Assembly: GCA_051439425.1 (NCBI GenBank)
Contig: JBFRWD010000102.1
Location: forward strand, 9,859 to 73,858
Length of the DNA: 64,000 nt
Origin: Synechococcus sp.
Lineage (GTDB): Bacteria; Cyanobacteriota; Cyanobacteriia; Thermostichales; PCC-7336
Direction of reading: 5' to 3'
Under the pieces are notes generated by a model. It ran no database searches, was not told where the DNA came from, and saw only the letters and a program-made list of their open reading frames with translations. Position 1 is the first letter of the stretch. The number at the start of each line of letters is the position of its first letter. The position numbers were made by a program, and so were the translations under genes. Below, piece after piece: positions 1-10,569 of this stretch.

Positions 1-28
1 TCCTCGATCGACATCTTGACTTGCGCCC

Positions 29-955
29 TTATTGCGCTGGGAACACCGCTGAAATGACAGCTTCAGGGTCAATATCTGCCAGCCTGCCAGACTTCGACTG
101 CACCGCTCTGTAGGGGCCATCTGCTGGCAATCGGAATGCAGGCTTACTGTCTCCAAACAGGGCCACAACTGGGGTTTGAGCAGCAACTGCTAGCTGCATG
201 GCTGCACTATCCGGACAGACAACCAATGTTGCACCGGCGATCGCGGCAGCCAATTGACCCAAATCGTTGGGGGTCATCACCGCTACATCAGACAAACCGG
301 CCTGCACGGGGGCTGCATTATTCCCATCCGCTACTAAAACCACCGGTAGCTCGGGGCGCTTCTCGCGGAATGCACGGGCAATACTTGCCCATTTTTCTAT
401 CGGATATTCACCACTCCCCGGATGAATAAGCAAATAGTCGGCATCTTTCTGACCCAAAACCGATGTGCGGGTCTCTTCAGCCCAAGCCAAGTCCCCTTTT
501 TTGAAGCGCACTTGAGGAAGATGAGACTTGGGGCTAATGGCAAACGCCTGCAACAGATCGCAGTACATACTAGCCTCGTACTGTTCGGACTGCCGCTTTA
601 CCTTGTCAGTCAAAAAGAGATTAGCTTGGCCACTATACCCAACGCGTTTGGGAATACCGGAAAGCCAGATGAAAAACCGGAGCAGTGCATTGTCGCTGAG
701 GGCAATCACAGCATCGTAATAGGCGTCTCGCATCTGCCCCAGCAAGTTACCCAAATCTGCCAAGCTGAGGGATTCTTGATAATCAAACGGGATGACGCTG
801 TCAACGGAGGGGCAAACCTGATAGGCATCTAGGCTTTTCCTTTCCGCGATCGCGTGAATCTGAGCATCGGGATAGGCATCTCGCAGCGCTTGTAAGGTGG
901 GAAAAAACAACACCTGATCGCTAACGTCGCCGGGAACCAGTGCAAGGATGCGCAT
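29..955 (-). CDS. Glycosyltransferase family 9 (heptosyltransferase-like) protein
   Basis: MRILALVPG...FFPTLQALR N-terminus; LIHPG and DSAAMQLAVA...ALFG motifs typical of GT9. Start set at the ATG at 955 instead of 988. Confidence 0.85.
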   Translation of the reverse strand: MRILALVPGDVSDQVLFFPTLQALRDAYPDAQIHAIAERKSLDAYQVCPSVDSVIPFDYQESLSLADLGNLLGQMRDAYYDAVIALSDNALLRFFIWLSGIPKRVGYSGQANLFLTDKVKRQSEQYEASMYCDLLQAFAISPKSHLPQVRFKKGDLAWAEETRTSVLGQKDADYLLIHPGSGEYPIEKWASIARAFREKRPELPVVLVADGNNAAPVQAGLSDVAVMTPNDLGQLAAAIAGATLVVCPDSAAMQLAVAAQTPVVALFGDSKPAFRLPADGPYRAVQSKSGRLADIDPEAVISAVFPAQ

Positions 956-1294
956 TCTTAGCCTGCCAACTAGCCAACCGCTCCCCATTCTGCCACCCGA
1001 TGAGCATAAATGCTTGAGTTTACGTATCTCGATAAGGGATCTTAAAAGTCGTTTGGACTTTGTTGCTGTTGCACAAATCCCTCAGAATCCTCTAACAGTC
1101 AATTGCCGAGATGACCCATACACTAGGATTCTGTCAGGTTTGCGATGAGGAGATGCTATCAGCATTGCAACAAGTCTGGTGGCAGATGGTTCGCCTATCA
1201 ACTTTTCCACTGACACAGACAGCAACAGCAGCGTACATGTCGGCGTCCAGCAGTACATCAATATGCATGTCAGCAATAGTGACGTGAGGTGCAA

Positions 1295-1747
1295 ATGAAA
1301 GTCATTGTCCAACGGGTACTCTCATCGTCAGTCACTGTAGACGATCAAATCATCGGTCACATCAAGCGTGGCTTAAACCTTCTGATTGGTATTGCCGACA
1401 GCGACACCAGTGCCGAAATTGATTGGATGGCGAACAAGCTGCTCAACTTACGCGTATTTACAGCCGACAACAGCAACAGCAACTTTCAGTCCAGCGTCCT
1501 CGACATTGGTGGCAGCATTCTAGCCATCAGTCAGTTCACGTTGTATGGAGATTGTCGCAAGGGACGACGCCCATCTTTTACGGGCTCAGCCGGTCCCGAA
1601 CTTGCCGAACCGCTATATGAGGAATTTGTCTCAAAACTACGTGAAAGCGGCCTGCACGTGGAAACAGGCCGCTTTGGGGCAGATATGAAAGTTGATATTC
1701 TCAACGACGGCCCTGTCACACTCATTGTCGAGCGGGAGTCTAGCTAA
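1295..1747 (+). CDS. dtd: D-aminoacyl-tRNA deacylase
   Basis: MKVIVQRV start, [15 protein letters not shown] and NDGPVT signature motifs. Confidence 0.95.
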   Translation: MKVIVQRVLSSSVTVDDQIIGHIKRGLNLLIGIADSDTSAEIDWMANKLLNLRVFTADNSNSNFQSSVLDIGGSILAISQFTLYGDCRKGRRPSFTGSAGPELAEPLYEEFVSKLRESGLHVETGRFGADMKVDILNDGPVTLIVERESS

Positions 1748-1812
1748 ATGAGCGGGAGAACATGAGTTGGATGGTGTCGCGTCACCGGAATGCCCACAGG
1801 CAAATCCTCAAA

Positions 1813-2550
1813 TTACGAAGCAGCCTCTTCAAGCAGCTCGGATTCTACAGAGTTTGGCAACTCCAAGCAGTAGCCAGCACCATACACAGTCTTGATGAAC
1901 TGAGGATGCCTAGGATCGGGCTCTAGCTTAGTACGCAAGTGACGAATATGAACCCGGATGGTTTCAATATCATCGTCAGGGTCATAACCCCACACTTCTT
2001 TCAAAATCTCGCTGGGGGATACCGTTTGCCCGTGACGCTGCATCAGGCAATGCAATAGCTCGAACTCAAGGTGAGTCAGCTTGACAGTATTGCCAAACCA
2101 AACAGCTTCAAAGCGTTCGGGGATCAGCGTTAAAGGACCGTAACTCAAAATTTCGCTGTGTTTAGCAGCTTGAGGGATGCGATCGGTACGACGCAGCAGA
2201 GCACGCACGCGTACCAGTAACTCCTGAATTTCAAAGGGCTTGGTGAGATAATCATCGGCGCCAGCATTGAAGCCATCTACCTTATTCTGGGTTTGACCCA
2301 AGGCAGTCAGCATCAGCAGTGGGATTTCTGCAGTGCGCTCGTCGCGACGCAGGCGTTGGCACACAGTGAATCCATCTACCTTAGGTAGCATCAGATCGAG
2401 CACAATCATGTCTGGCAGCAACTGCAATGCCAGAGCCTGACCCTTGATACCATCAGGGGCCTTGAACACCTCGTATCCTGCCAAATCAAGGTTGACAGAC
2501 ACCAACTCCAGGATCGCCGGGTCGTCGTCGATTACTAAGACTCGGGGCAT
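1813..2550 (-). CDS. rpaA: OmpR-family response regulator RpaA (circadian output regulator)
   Basis: Receiver domain plus winged helix; [16 protein letters not shown] and [31 protein letters not shown] match cyanobacterial RpaA. Confidence 0.93.
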   Translation of the reverse strand: MPRVLVIDDDPAILELVSVNLDLAGYEVFKAPDGIKGQALALQLLPDMIVLDLMLPKVDGFTVCQRLRRDERTAEIPLLMLTALGQTQNKVDGFNAGADDYLTKPFEIQELLVRVRALLRRTDRIPQAAKHSEILSYGPLTLIPERFEAVWFGNTVKLTHLEFELLHCLMQRHGQTVSPSEILKEVWGYDPDDDIETIRVHIRHLRTKLEPDPRHPQFIKTVYGAGYCLELPNSVESELLEEAAS

Positions 2551-3084
2551 AAGAATTTGCCTGTTGTTTAGGACAATTGATGAAACTATTCGAATCTGTT
2601 TTCATCTTAATAGATGTTTGGAAATCATACACATTAACTCCCAGTTTTGAGAAATGGTGCAGGAGAACCCTAAAATCTCCTCACGCAATAGTCCATTGCT
2701 GTAAATAGTGAGGCAATTCTCGATCGCAACCCCTGCATCCACAATCGTCAGCGAGATCGCCGCAAAGTCTAACCTTATATGGGGTGGAAGAAAGAGAAAC
2801 TGGTTGGCCGACCTGACAAAAGACCGCACAGTACCGGCCTTTTTGTAACGGCCATTTACACTTCAGAAGCAGCCAGCGATCGCTAAAGATTTGCTTTAGA
2901 ATTCTCCGTCGACATCATTTAGATTCTTGGAAATTGCATTTATAAATTCTTAAGATTTTGCGTTAAAGCGCTGAAATATGCCGGAATCTAGGGCGAGGGG
3001 GTAACCCGAATCCAATGGTATATATCCTCGGTGGGGAGCTACGCAGTTTTCAGATTCCGCAATCACGGCCGGGGATCTGGCAAA

Positions 3085-3678
3085 TTATTCAATGTCGGAC
3101 AAGCAGTTGTAGGCAACATCCCAAGTCTCACAACTCGTCAAGGTGCGAATCACAGAGGGTAAGGGAGTGCTATGAATCCCAGGAAGGTCGGTTTCCCCAG
3201 CCACCTGTAAGGCAAATGCAAGTTGCTCCTGAGGAGGCGTAAATTGTGCATCGACCGTGGCTGTATTGCCTCGCGCATCCATCCGGTACCAGCCGAGCTC
3301 TCCCAGGCATACTGCATTGAGACCGTGCAAACAGTACGGCGATCCGACGCCATCAATGCTGAGCCTCTGGTAGCACAAGCCAGCAGCAATGCCATTGGCT
3401 CTTAGTAGTGCAGCTAATAGATGGCTTTTGGCATAGCAGTATCCCGTTCTATATTTCAGGACTTCTGAGGCTTTACAGGTGACAGGATTTAGTTCGTAGT
3501 CAACACTATGGCGGATTTCGTCTCTCACCCACTCAAAGCATACTTTGGCAATCTCGGTATCTCGTGTCAGTCCACGAGCCAACCGTTCCGCGAGCGCAGT
3601 AACGCCACGGTCCTGCCAATCAATGTAGATACTGTGTTCGAGATATTGCGCAGAAACTGTTGCCATCACGACCCCCAT
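3085..3678 (-). CDS. Transglutaminase-like family protein
   Basis: GYCYAKSHLLAALLRANGI, LHGLNAV and WYRMDARGN give a Cys-His-Asp triad pattern. Confidence 0.85.
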   Translation of the reverse strand: MGVVMATVSAQYLEHSIYIDWQDRGVTALAERLARGLTRDTEIAKVCFEWVRDEIRHSVDYELNPVTCKASEVLKYRTGYCYAKSHLLAALLRANGIAAGLCYQRLSIDGVGSPYCLHGLNAVCLGELGWYRMDARGNTATVDAQFTPPQEQLAFALQVAGETDLPGIHSTPLPSVIRTLTSCETWDVAYNCLSDIE

Positions 3679-4095
3679 CCAAATTGATGACTAGCTGTTG
3701 AGTGACTGTGATAGTGGTATGGATGCGTTCGGCCATGCCCACAGCTTTCCTGCTCAAAGCCTTAGCTGGCTATAGAGAGCGTAAGCATGACTGAGGCTGC
3801 CCTCTATTCAAAAGCTGTCCGTATTTTAGGAAGCCCCAACGCTATAGATATTCAAACAACCGAAGGATTGAAATGACGACCATCCTCTCCCACCTGCTAT
3901 GAAATCTGGGATTCAGGCATTTTAGGCACCTTCGAACATTCAGTACGGCCATCCAAGAGTCAGTGCGGAAACAAACAGTATGTCGGAAGTTTGAATCCCG
4001 TAATGATATATTTGTAAAGAAAACATTAAAAATCAGTATCAAACATCACTGCTGCTGAGTTTTGCGCCCACAACCCACTCGGGGAGGCAAGGGCT

Positions 4096-4287
4096 ATGGA
4101 TATTCGCATCCATTTAGTCGTAACCACGGAAGATTATACGCTGGTTTGCTTTTCCGATCGGCGCGGGTGCCACTTTGAAGTTATCAATCGCTTAGGATTT
4201 ATCCATCACGGCGATCGCGTCTTCCCCAACCCTACAGCCGCAGAATGGGGTGGACGGGAATGGATTCGGGCAAACAGCCGAAGTTAA
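4096..4287 (+). CDS. Small hypothetical protein (63 aa)
   Basis: ATG preceded by a GGAGG Shine-Dalgarno (~4083); lies in an otherwise empty intergenic region; protein-like composition. Confidence 0.55.
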   Translation: MDIRIHLVVTTEDYTLVCFSDRRGCHFEVINRLGFIHHGDRVFPNPTAAEWGGREWIRANSRS

Positions 4288-4657
4288 TCCAGGTCTGGTG
4301 GCGAGCATTCAATATTTAATATGGTGCATGGCTCAAGCAGATTCTAGAGATTAGCATCCTCACAGCCATCGCTGCATTCAGCGAACAGTACCAATTATCG
4401 ATAGAGGTTCAAGGTCGCCACTCTTTGTGTATGCCAAATTCGATAACACAATTTGAGGCACATACCAATCCTCCGCACAATCAGCCGATAGGTACGTTAC
4501 CTTTACGACTTACCCCCTTGCCGTCACTACAGGCACCGCCAGACAAGCGGCAAACACGCAATAGAAGACCGTTCAAAACCTTCTTCAACACATTCAGATT
4601 TAATGGCCTACAACTAGGAACACAAAAAAGGCATCCGTCAGCAGGCAAACAGCATAT

Positions 4658-5287
4658 CTAGGTGCCAGAGCCGAGCCTGCCCAGCACAAAGTCTTTCAGA
4701 TACGACAAGAGATTAAAGCCAACTGTCAAAATTAAACTCGTAACGAGCAATCCCAAAACCGACAGCCCAACTCCGATACTGGTAACAATTCCATCCTCAT
4801 CGAGTAAGCCCACGCCAATGACAAAAATGGAGAAAGCCGGCAATGTATTAGTGCCAGGGATAGGGATCATCATTGATATGGCCATCAGCGCGATCGCGCA
4901 AGCTAGCGCTCTATGTCCAACTTGACTGCGGCAGATCCAACTCCAGCGAGGGCGAGCAAAAACTTCAACCCTCTTCAGCACCCAGCTTCCTTTTTCCAGC
5001 ACTGCCTTTGCAAAACTGGTGGGAACCGACCATTTTTGTACACGATCCGGCAGCCAAGGTTGCCGACGGCCCAACACCATCTGCACAGCGAGGAATAGCA
5101 GTAGAACCCCAAATGGAACTGAATAGCCAGCTGCAGGCACAGGCACGCCTGATGGCAGCGCAAGCAATGCAAGAAAAAAGCCGAACCCCCGCTCACCAGC
5201 CATTTGCTGAAGTTCAAAAAGAGAGATGCGCTCCCCCCGTACCGGATCTTGCAAAAAAGCGTCTAGGTCGGTGGACAGTTTGGCCAT
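4658..5287 (-). CDS. exoD: Exopolysaccharide biosynthesis protein, ExoD family
   Basis: GERGFG..L..LALP, PWLP and PIPGTNTLPA...GLLDEDG motifs; several TM helices. Confidence 0.88.
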   Translation of the reverse strand: MAKLSTDLDAFLQDPVRGERISLFELQQMAGERGFGFFLALLALPSGVPVPAAGYSVPFGVLLLFLAVQMVLGRRQPWLPDRVQKWSVPTSFAKAVLEKGSWVLKRVEVFARPRWSWICRSQVGHRALACAIALMAISMMIPIPGTNTLPAFSIFVIGVGLLDEDGIVTSIGVGLSVLGLLVTSLILTVGFNLLSYLKDFVLGRLGSGT

Positions 5288-5534
5288 AGGTGTCAACAGG
5301 CTATTTGCAGCCAGCAAAGCATTCGCACTAGATTACCAGTTCGTGCGTGCAGTCGAAATAACCCATATCGGCCACTCAGGCTCCAGACCCGTCTACAAGT
5401 GACTGCCATCAGCCTTCCAGCAATGTAGAGAATTGCGCAGAAATTCGAGAATCGCTTTAGGCTAAGTAGGCGTAACGAGTTCGAACTTGTGCTGTCCCTA
5501 ACTCGACGTTACTCCGATCTGCAACTGTCAAATC

Positions 5535-5906
5535 ATGACTTCTGAAACCCATACTGTTCGCATCTTCCACCGCCAAGAAAACAAGCACTATACGGTCGAG
5601 GTACCGAGAGATCGCTACATTCTTCAGTCCGCCGAAGCCGATGGAGCAGAGCTACCGTTCTCCTGTAGAAATGGAGCCTGCACAGCCTGCGCCGTTCGCG
5701 TGCAGTCCGGAGAGATTTCTCAACCTGAAGCCATGGGGTTGTCTAGAGACCTCAAGCGGCAGGGATATGCATTGTTATGCGTTAGCTACGCCTGCAGTGA
5801 CTTGGAAGTAGAAACTCAAGATGAAGACGAAGTCTACGAGCTGCAGTTTGGCCGCTACTTCGGCAAAGGCAAAATCAAGATGGGTTTGCCGCTAGACGAA
5901 GAGTAG
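5535..5906 (+). CDS. 2Fe-2S ferredoxin with C-terminal extension (Fed2/FdC2 type)
   Basis: LPFSCRNGACTAC and ALLCVSY motifs; C-terminal DEDEVYELQFGRYFG. Confidence 0.92.
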   Translation: MTSETHTVRIFHRQENKHYTVEVPRDRYILQSAEADGAELPFSCRNGACTACAVRVQSGEISQPEAMGLSRDLKRQGYALLCVSYACSDLEVETQDEDEVYELQFGRYFGKGKIKMGLPLDEE

Positions 5907-6087
5907 TCATGCCCCATAACAATTCCGAGCAAGCGATGACTAGTTACGTGCAAGCAATGATTAAGACGACGGTGAATCCACCACAACGGTAGCGTTCGTG
6001 GCTGGAGACCAATCCAAACTGAAAAACACTGCCCTTAGAGCCGAGCATCCGGATTCTTTCACCCAGCCAATGTCTCAGCCATCCCAC

Positions 6088-6120
6088 AAAAACAAAGCAG
6101 GTCCCACGATAAGACCTGCT
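6088..6120 (-). terminator. Probable intrinsic terminator of psbM
   Basis: AGCAGGTC/GACCTGCT stem with an A-rich run on its left (U-tail on the minus strand). Confidence 0.55.
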
Positions 6121-6168
6121 GACATTGATGAGGCATAACTTACAGTCACAAAAGAAGGGACCGAGTGC

Positions 6169-6276
6169 TTAGCCTTTGCCCTGACTGGCAGTTTGAACGT
6201 AAAGCAGTACCAGAAAAATAGAGGGTACGAACACGACCAAAATGAACGCCAACAGACCCAGATAATTGGTTTCCAT
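6169..6276 (-). CDS. psbM: Photosystem II reaction centre protein M (35 aa; too short for the ORF track)
   Basis: Manual translation [37 protein letters not shown].xFL..LYVQT is the PsbM signature. Confidence 0.93.
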   Translation of the reverse strand: METNYLGLLAFILVVFVPSIFLVLLYVQTASQGKG

Positions 6277-6545
6277 AAATCCGATTTTGAACCAGCAACG
6301 AATTGCTTATAGGCTAACACCCCCCGCTGCGGGTTGATTCACCCCTCTCTAGAAAATTAAGAAACATAACAAGTGACTGCGTTTTGCGTCGCCACTTTTC
6401 GGACTGTGCGATCGTGCTACGGCGATCCTGGAGTTCCCCTTAAGGACTCCCGCGTCAACTCTGAGATGGCAGCAACGTATATGAGAACGGCCAGGCGAGA
6501 AATTATTTTCTTGACAGAAGTTTCGTACAAGGTAAGGAGAAACCT

Positions 6546-7577
6546 ATGGCTACTCGGGTGGCGATTAATGGATTTGGTCGGATTGGGCGCATGTTCCTGC
6601 GCAGCGTCATTCAGAATCCAGGTGATTTAGAAGTTGTAGCAATTAACGATCTAGCCGACCGGGAAAACCTGGCATATCTCCTATCCTATGACTCTGCTCA
6701 AGGACCGTTGAATGCAAACGTTTCCTTAACAGATGAGGGATTGATCGTTAACAGCACCCCCATTCGTGTCGTGAGTGAGCGAGATCCCGCTCAATTGCCT
6801 TGGGCGGAGATGAATGTCGACATAGTTGTGGAAGCAACTGGCCTGTTTACCAAGCGTGCCGACGCGGCTAAACATCTGGCGGCAGGAGCGAAAAAAGTCA
6901 TTATCTCAGCTCCGGCCAAAGATCCCGACCTCACTATCGTCATGGGAGTGAATGACGATCTGTATCGTCCCGGCGAGCACAATATTGTCTCCAATGCCTC
7001 CTGCACCACAAACTGTCTCGCTCCTGTGGCCAAGGTGGTACTAGACAACTTCGGGATCGAGACCGGCTTTTTAACGACCTGCCACGCATTCACGTCAACG
7101 CAAGGGCTGATCGATCGCCCCGATAAAAAAGATGTTCGTCGCGGTCGAGCCGCATCAATGTCGATCGTGCCGTCTTCGACAGGCGCAGCAACTGCTGTAG
7201 CCAAAGTGTTGCCAGAATTGGCAGGCAAGCTGGATGGCATGGCCTTGCGAGTACCCACTGTAACTGGCTCGGTGGTTGATTTTGTTGTCCGCACAGAGAA
7301 ACCGATCTCAGCCGACCTGCTCCAATCCGCATTTCGCGGAGCCGCTAGTGGGTCGATGTTGGGAGTCTTAGGTATTGCTCCAGCACCGCTAGTATCGTGC
7401 GACATTATCGGTAGTCCGCTGTCCTCCATCATCGACACCAAATCCACAATGGTGTTGGGAGATTACACAGCCAAAATTCTGGCCTGGTACGACAACGAAT
7501 ATGGCTACGCTTCGCGGGTCAAAGATCTCGCCCAGATGATGGGAGCGAAGCTAGGGGTTGCGGTAAGAAGTGCATAA
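6546..7577 (+). CDS. gap: Type I glyceraldehyde-3-phosphate dehydrogenase
   Basis: INGFGRIGR, catalytic SNASCTTNCLAP, WYDNEYGY; AGGAG Shine-Dalgarno upstream. Confidence 0.96.
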   Translation: MATRVAINGFGRIGRMFLRSVIQNPGDLEVVAINDLADRENLAYLLSYDSAQGPLNANVSLTDEGLIVNSTPIRVVSERDPAQLPWAEMNVDIVVEATGLFTKRADAAKHLAAGAKKVIISAPAKDPDLTIVMGVNDDLYRPGEHNIVSNASCTTNCLAPVAKVVLDNFGIETGFLTTCHAFTSTQGLIDRPDKKDVRRGRAASMSIVPSSTGAATAVAKVLPELAGKLDGMALRVPTVTGSVVDFVVRTEKPISADLLQSAFRGAASGSMLGVLGIAPAPLVSCDIIGSPLSSIIDTKSTMVLGDYTAKILAWYDNEYGYASRVKDLAQMMGAKLGVAVRSA

Positions 7578-7597
7578 CTAAGCCCATCAACACTTTC

Positions 7598-7625
7598 AAG
7601 GGCGGGAAAGTACCCGTCCTTTTTT
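7598..7625 (+). terminator. Intrinsic terminator after gap
   Basis: AAGGGCGGG-AAAGTA-CCCGTCCTT followed by a T run. Confidence 0.8.
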
Positions 7626-7718
7626 ACTGTGTAGGCAACGACAAGAACTCTGAGATATCCAAGTTGTTATTACAATGATTGAGATGAGCAATTGCTATTT
7701 CCCGGGGTGAGGCACGTT

Positions 7719-8192
7719 ATGTATGGAAAACAATCACCTGCTGAAGAGCGCTTTCTATCGAGCTTGCCTTATATCCTGCCCATGGTGCAAGCCTTGCCCC
7801 TAGGAGGATATTTATACTTCCAGTTTCCATTTCTTGCCCAATTGGTCAGGCCGTTATTCCCCTTATTTCCTATCTTGGAAGGAAACTTTGCCATCAGCTT
7901 GCTGATCTTTTTCGGCCTACTGTTCGGAGTTGTCCGGAATCGGTCGTTCAGTCGATTTATCCGGTTTAATACGATGCAAGCATTGCTAATGGGGATCGGT
8001 CTTTCTCTACTCCAGATTATATTGGCAGCCTTAGGCTCCTTATTGGGTGGGGTAACCGTTCAAGCAATGGCATCGGGTTTATTTCTATTGACTTTTGGAA
8101 TCGCGATCTATGCGTTTATCCAAATATGGCAAGGTAAATATACTGATATTCCTGTCCTATCGGAAGCAGCAAACAGTCAGGTGATCTATTAG
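7719..8192 (+). CDS. Tic20 family (Ycf60-like) membrane protein
   Basis: ERFLSSLPYILP, VVRN..FSRFIRFNTMQALL and GKYTDIPVLSEAA motifs. Confidence 0.88.
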   Translation: MYGKQSPAEERFLSSLPYILPMVQALPLGGYLYFQFPFLAQLVRPLFPLFPILEGNFAISLLIFFGLLFGVVRNRSFSRFIRFNTMQALLMGIGLSLLQIILAALGSLLGGVTVQAMASGLFLLTFGIAIYAFIQIWQGKYTDIPVLSEAANSQVIY

Positions 8193-8417
8193 CTCCTTTC
8201 AATAGAAACGGCCAGCTTGCCCTCGTTTGCTTGACACTTAGCCGTAGAAATATCACGAGTTCGAATTGATGCCGAAACACGGAGCATACCTGTGCTGAAG
8301 TTCTGCAACTTGCATTGGTTAGTCCTGCTTTCATAGATATACGTCTTAGCGCAAGCATCCATAACTATCGTGGCCAAGAAATAGCTAGTTTTGCAAGCTA
8401 GGCTATCGTGAGAAGCG

Positions 8418-8444
8418 GGAACTTAGTGTTCCTGTGGTGCGTCT
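8418..8444 (+). promoter_or_regulatory. ECF (SigE/SigG-type) promoter upstream of the sigma factor gene, probably autoregulatory
   Basis: GGAACTT-N16-GTCT, about 80 bp upstream of the ECF sigma start. Confidence 0.6.
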
Positions 8445-8522
8445 TGTGGCCTGAGGTGTGAATCGCTCTGCAGCAGCCAGCGGTCGAGCCCTAGAAGCCC
8501 ACGTACCGGAGTTGTTCTCGGC

Positions 8523-9179
8523 ATGAGCGAAGTCTCCTCCTTGACTTGGTCACAATCCATATCAAATGCTGGGCCGCCCCTGCAGCCCAACACGCTCACA
8601 ACACTGGAATTAATTTCAGTCTGTCAATCGTCGCTGCGCCCCAATAAGGCAGCCTTTGCAGAACTCATCCGTCGCCACCAATCCGATGTCGATCGCACAC
8701 TGTACCACTTAGCCCCAGACTGGAACGACCGACACGATCTAGCCCAGGAAGTCTGGTTGCGAGTTTTCCGACATTTACGCCGCCTAAAAGAACCTGCAAA
8801 ATTCAAGGGATGGCTCAGTCGTATTGCCACCAATCTGTTTTACGACGAGCTCCGCAAGCGCAAGAGAAACCGACGTCCACTGTCTCTAGATGCGCAAATC
8901 CCAGTCAGCGATGGAGAAATCGATTGGGAGTTGCCTAGCGATGCCATCAGTCCAGATGAAGCGCTTAGCACCCAAGAATTTTACGAACATTTGCACAGCG
9001 CGGTGCAAAATCTGCCTGAGTCGTTTCGCCAAACAATAGTATTGCGAGAAATTCAAGGGCTCTCATACGAAGAAATCGCCGAGATTACCCACGTTTCTTT
9101 AGGCACGGTCAAATCTCGCATTGCTAGAGCTCGGGCACGATTGCAAAATATGTTAAAGCCTTATCTAGACAGCCATTGA
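8523..9179 (+). CDS. sigG: ECF RNA polymerase sigma factor, cyanobacterial SigG type
   Basis: YHLAPDW, DLAQEVW, WLSRIATNLFYDELRKRKR and LSYEEIAEIT.VSLGTVKSRIARAR. Confidence 0.88.
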   Translation: MSEVSSLTWSQSISNAGPPLQPNTLTTLELISVCQSSLRPNKAAFAELIRRHQSDVDRTLYHLAPDWNDRHDLAQEVWLRVFRHLRRLKEPAKFKGWLSRIATNLFYDELRKRKRNRRPLSLDAQIPVSDGEIDWELPSDAISPDEALSTQEFYEHLHSAVQNLPESFRQTIVLREIQGLSYEEIAEITHVSLGTVKSRIARARARLQNMLKPYLDSH

Positions 9180-9195
9180 GGAGGGTCATTCAAAG

Positions 9196-9726
9196 ATGCG
9201 ACAACGACCCACAAACCACCTATCCGACCAAGAATGGGAACGACTCAGTGCCTACATTGATGGAGAAGTGACGACAGTAGAGAGAGCGCAAATCGAATAC
9301 AAGCTAACGAACGATGCCAGTTATCAACACGCTTACTCCTGCCTGCTTCACCTCCAAGACGGCTTCGCAAGACTACCCTTGCCTTCCCCTCAAGATCGAT
9401 CGTGCATGTCGGCTGATGAAATGGCAGAAACCGTTCTCCAACGGCTAGAAAAAGCGCCACTGTCGGGGGCTATCTCTCCCACTGGAGCTAGACGTTGGGC
9501 TCGTCTAGCGGCAGGCGTTATTGTACTGGTTTCAGCCGGAAGCTTAGTTTGGCGCATCGGGCAGCCATCGCGGCCAAAATTATTGATTTCGTTGGACGAA
9601 CCTCCATTCGATATCCCAACGGAGATTGTCACTCCCGAACTCACGTCTACTCACAAAGCTGAATCCTATTTACTATCTCCAGGAACTATGGACGATGCTT
9701 ATTCCATCCTGCTAACAGATATCTAG
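9196..9726 (+). CDS. Anti-sigma factor
   Basis: ERLSAYIDGEVT..ER motif (RseA-like N-terminus), single TM helix, directly after the ECF sigma. Confidence 0.8.
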   Translation: MRQRPTNHLSDQEWERLSAYIDGEVTTVERAQIEYKLTNDASYQHAYSCLLHLQDGFARLPLPSPQDRSCMSADEMAETVLQRLEKAPLSGAISPTGARRWARLAAGVIVLVSAGSLVWRIGQPSRPKLLISLDEPPFDIPTEIVTPELTSTHKAESYLLSPGTMDDAYSILLTDI

Positions 9727-9761
9727 GTATCTAGCGCAATGCTCTCGATTGTTCCCCGTTC

Positions 9762-10388
9762 ATGATGTCCGTCCTCCCAATTTTCTGCGCAACAGTTTCG
9801 AAAGTGCTTGTGCGAATGCAGTCCTTTGCCCATCGCTCTGCGTTGCTAGGCGTTGTTAGCGCTTTCACCTGCACGATCGCGCCTAGTTCGATATACGTAG
9901 AAACTGCTGCTGCTCAAGAGATCGTAAGTCAGCCAACGGCGCAATCTGACGAAGTATCCCTCCCAATCGATCGCATTCTCGACACAGCTGAGCCAATCAG
10001 TGAAGACTCGGACACCTTCAAACCGACGCTGTCGGAACTAGACTTCAATCGCCTTCCGCACCCTTACGAATCCGTTCCACCACGCTTAGAAGTCGATTTA
10101 TCTCAACTCGTCCTTCTCCCCAGCCCCAACACTGTGACATGGCTGGACAAGCAATTTGAAACTGAGGTAGCTTCCATCAATTCGCGAATTGCATTTCGCC
10201 AAGAACTATTGCAGCAGCTACTTCAAGATCCTGACAGCAGCGACGATCGCATTCGCCAGGTGCAATCCATCTTGAGCCAACTGCGCGCAGAACGAGATCG
10301 AATCGCGATCGAGCATCTGCTCCTAGTCAGGCAAGTCAGTGAAAATGGTAGTCTACCGACCCAAGCCACCAGCTCTGGCCTGGAATGA
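9762..10388 (+). CDS. Exported protein with a Spy/CpxP-like C-terminal helical region
   Basis: Signal-like N-terminus; helical RQELLQQLL...QLRAERDRIAIEHLLLVRQV segment; third gene of the sigma operon. Confidence 0.5.
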   Translation: MMSVLPIFCATVSKVLVRMQSFAHRSALLGVVSAFTCTIAPSSIYVETAAAQEIVSQPTAQSDEVSLPIDRILDTAEPISEDSDTFKPTLSELDFNRLPHPYESVPPRLEVDLSQLVLLPSPNTVTWLDKQFETEVASINSRIAFRQELLQQLLQDPDSSDDRIRQVQSILSQLRAERDRIAIEHLLLVRQVSENGSLPTQATSSGLE

Positions 10389-10473
10389 GAGCAAGCATCG
10401 CAATACCGTTGACTTCGAAAGCCCGCTCATAGAAACAGTGACTTCTCAGAAAAGGCATCAATAGCTATCTAGC

Positions 10474-10561
10474 AATCCGCTGCAAGGTCTGGAGGGCGAG
10501 GATAACTCAAAATCTCAGGCCATTACAAGAAAAAGGGCTAGAGGAGCCTCCATAACTGATT
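10474..10561. repeat. Dispersed intergenic repeat, copy 1 (homologous to 24798-24883)
   Basis: AATCCGCTGCAAGGTCTGGAGGGCGAGGATAACTCAA...GCTAGAG...CTCCATAACTGATT aligns with copy 2. Confidence 0.7.
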
Positions 10562-10569
10562 TCGGAAAG

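Noticed and set aside
2845..2860. NtcA-like site upstream of rpaA
   Set aside because: Spacing is GTA-N9-TAC, not the canonical N8.
6791..7447. Long antisense ORFs (e.g. opposite gap, ftsH 35232-35912, MscS 30875-31459)
   Set aside because: Shadow frames of well-supported genes, with no recognisable motifs.
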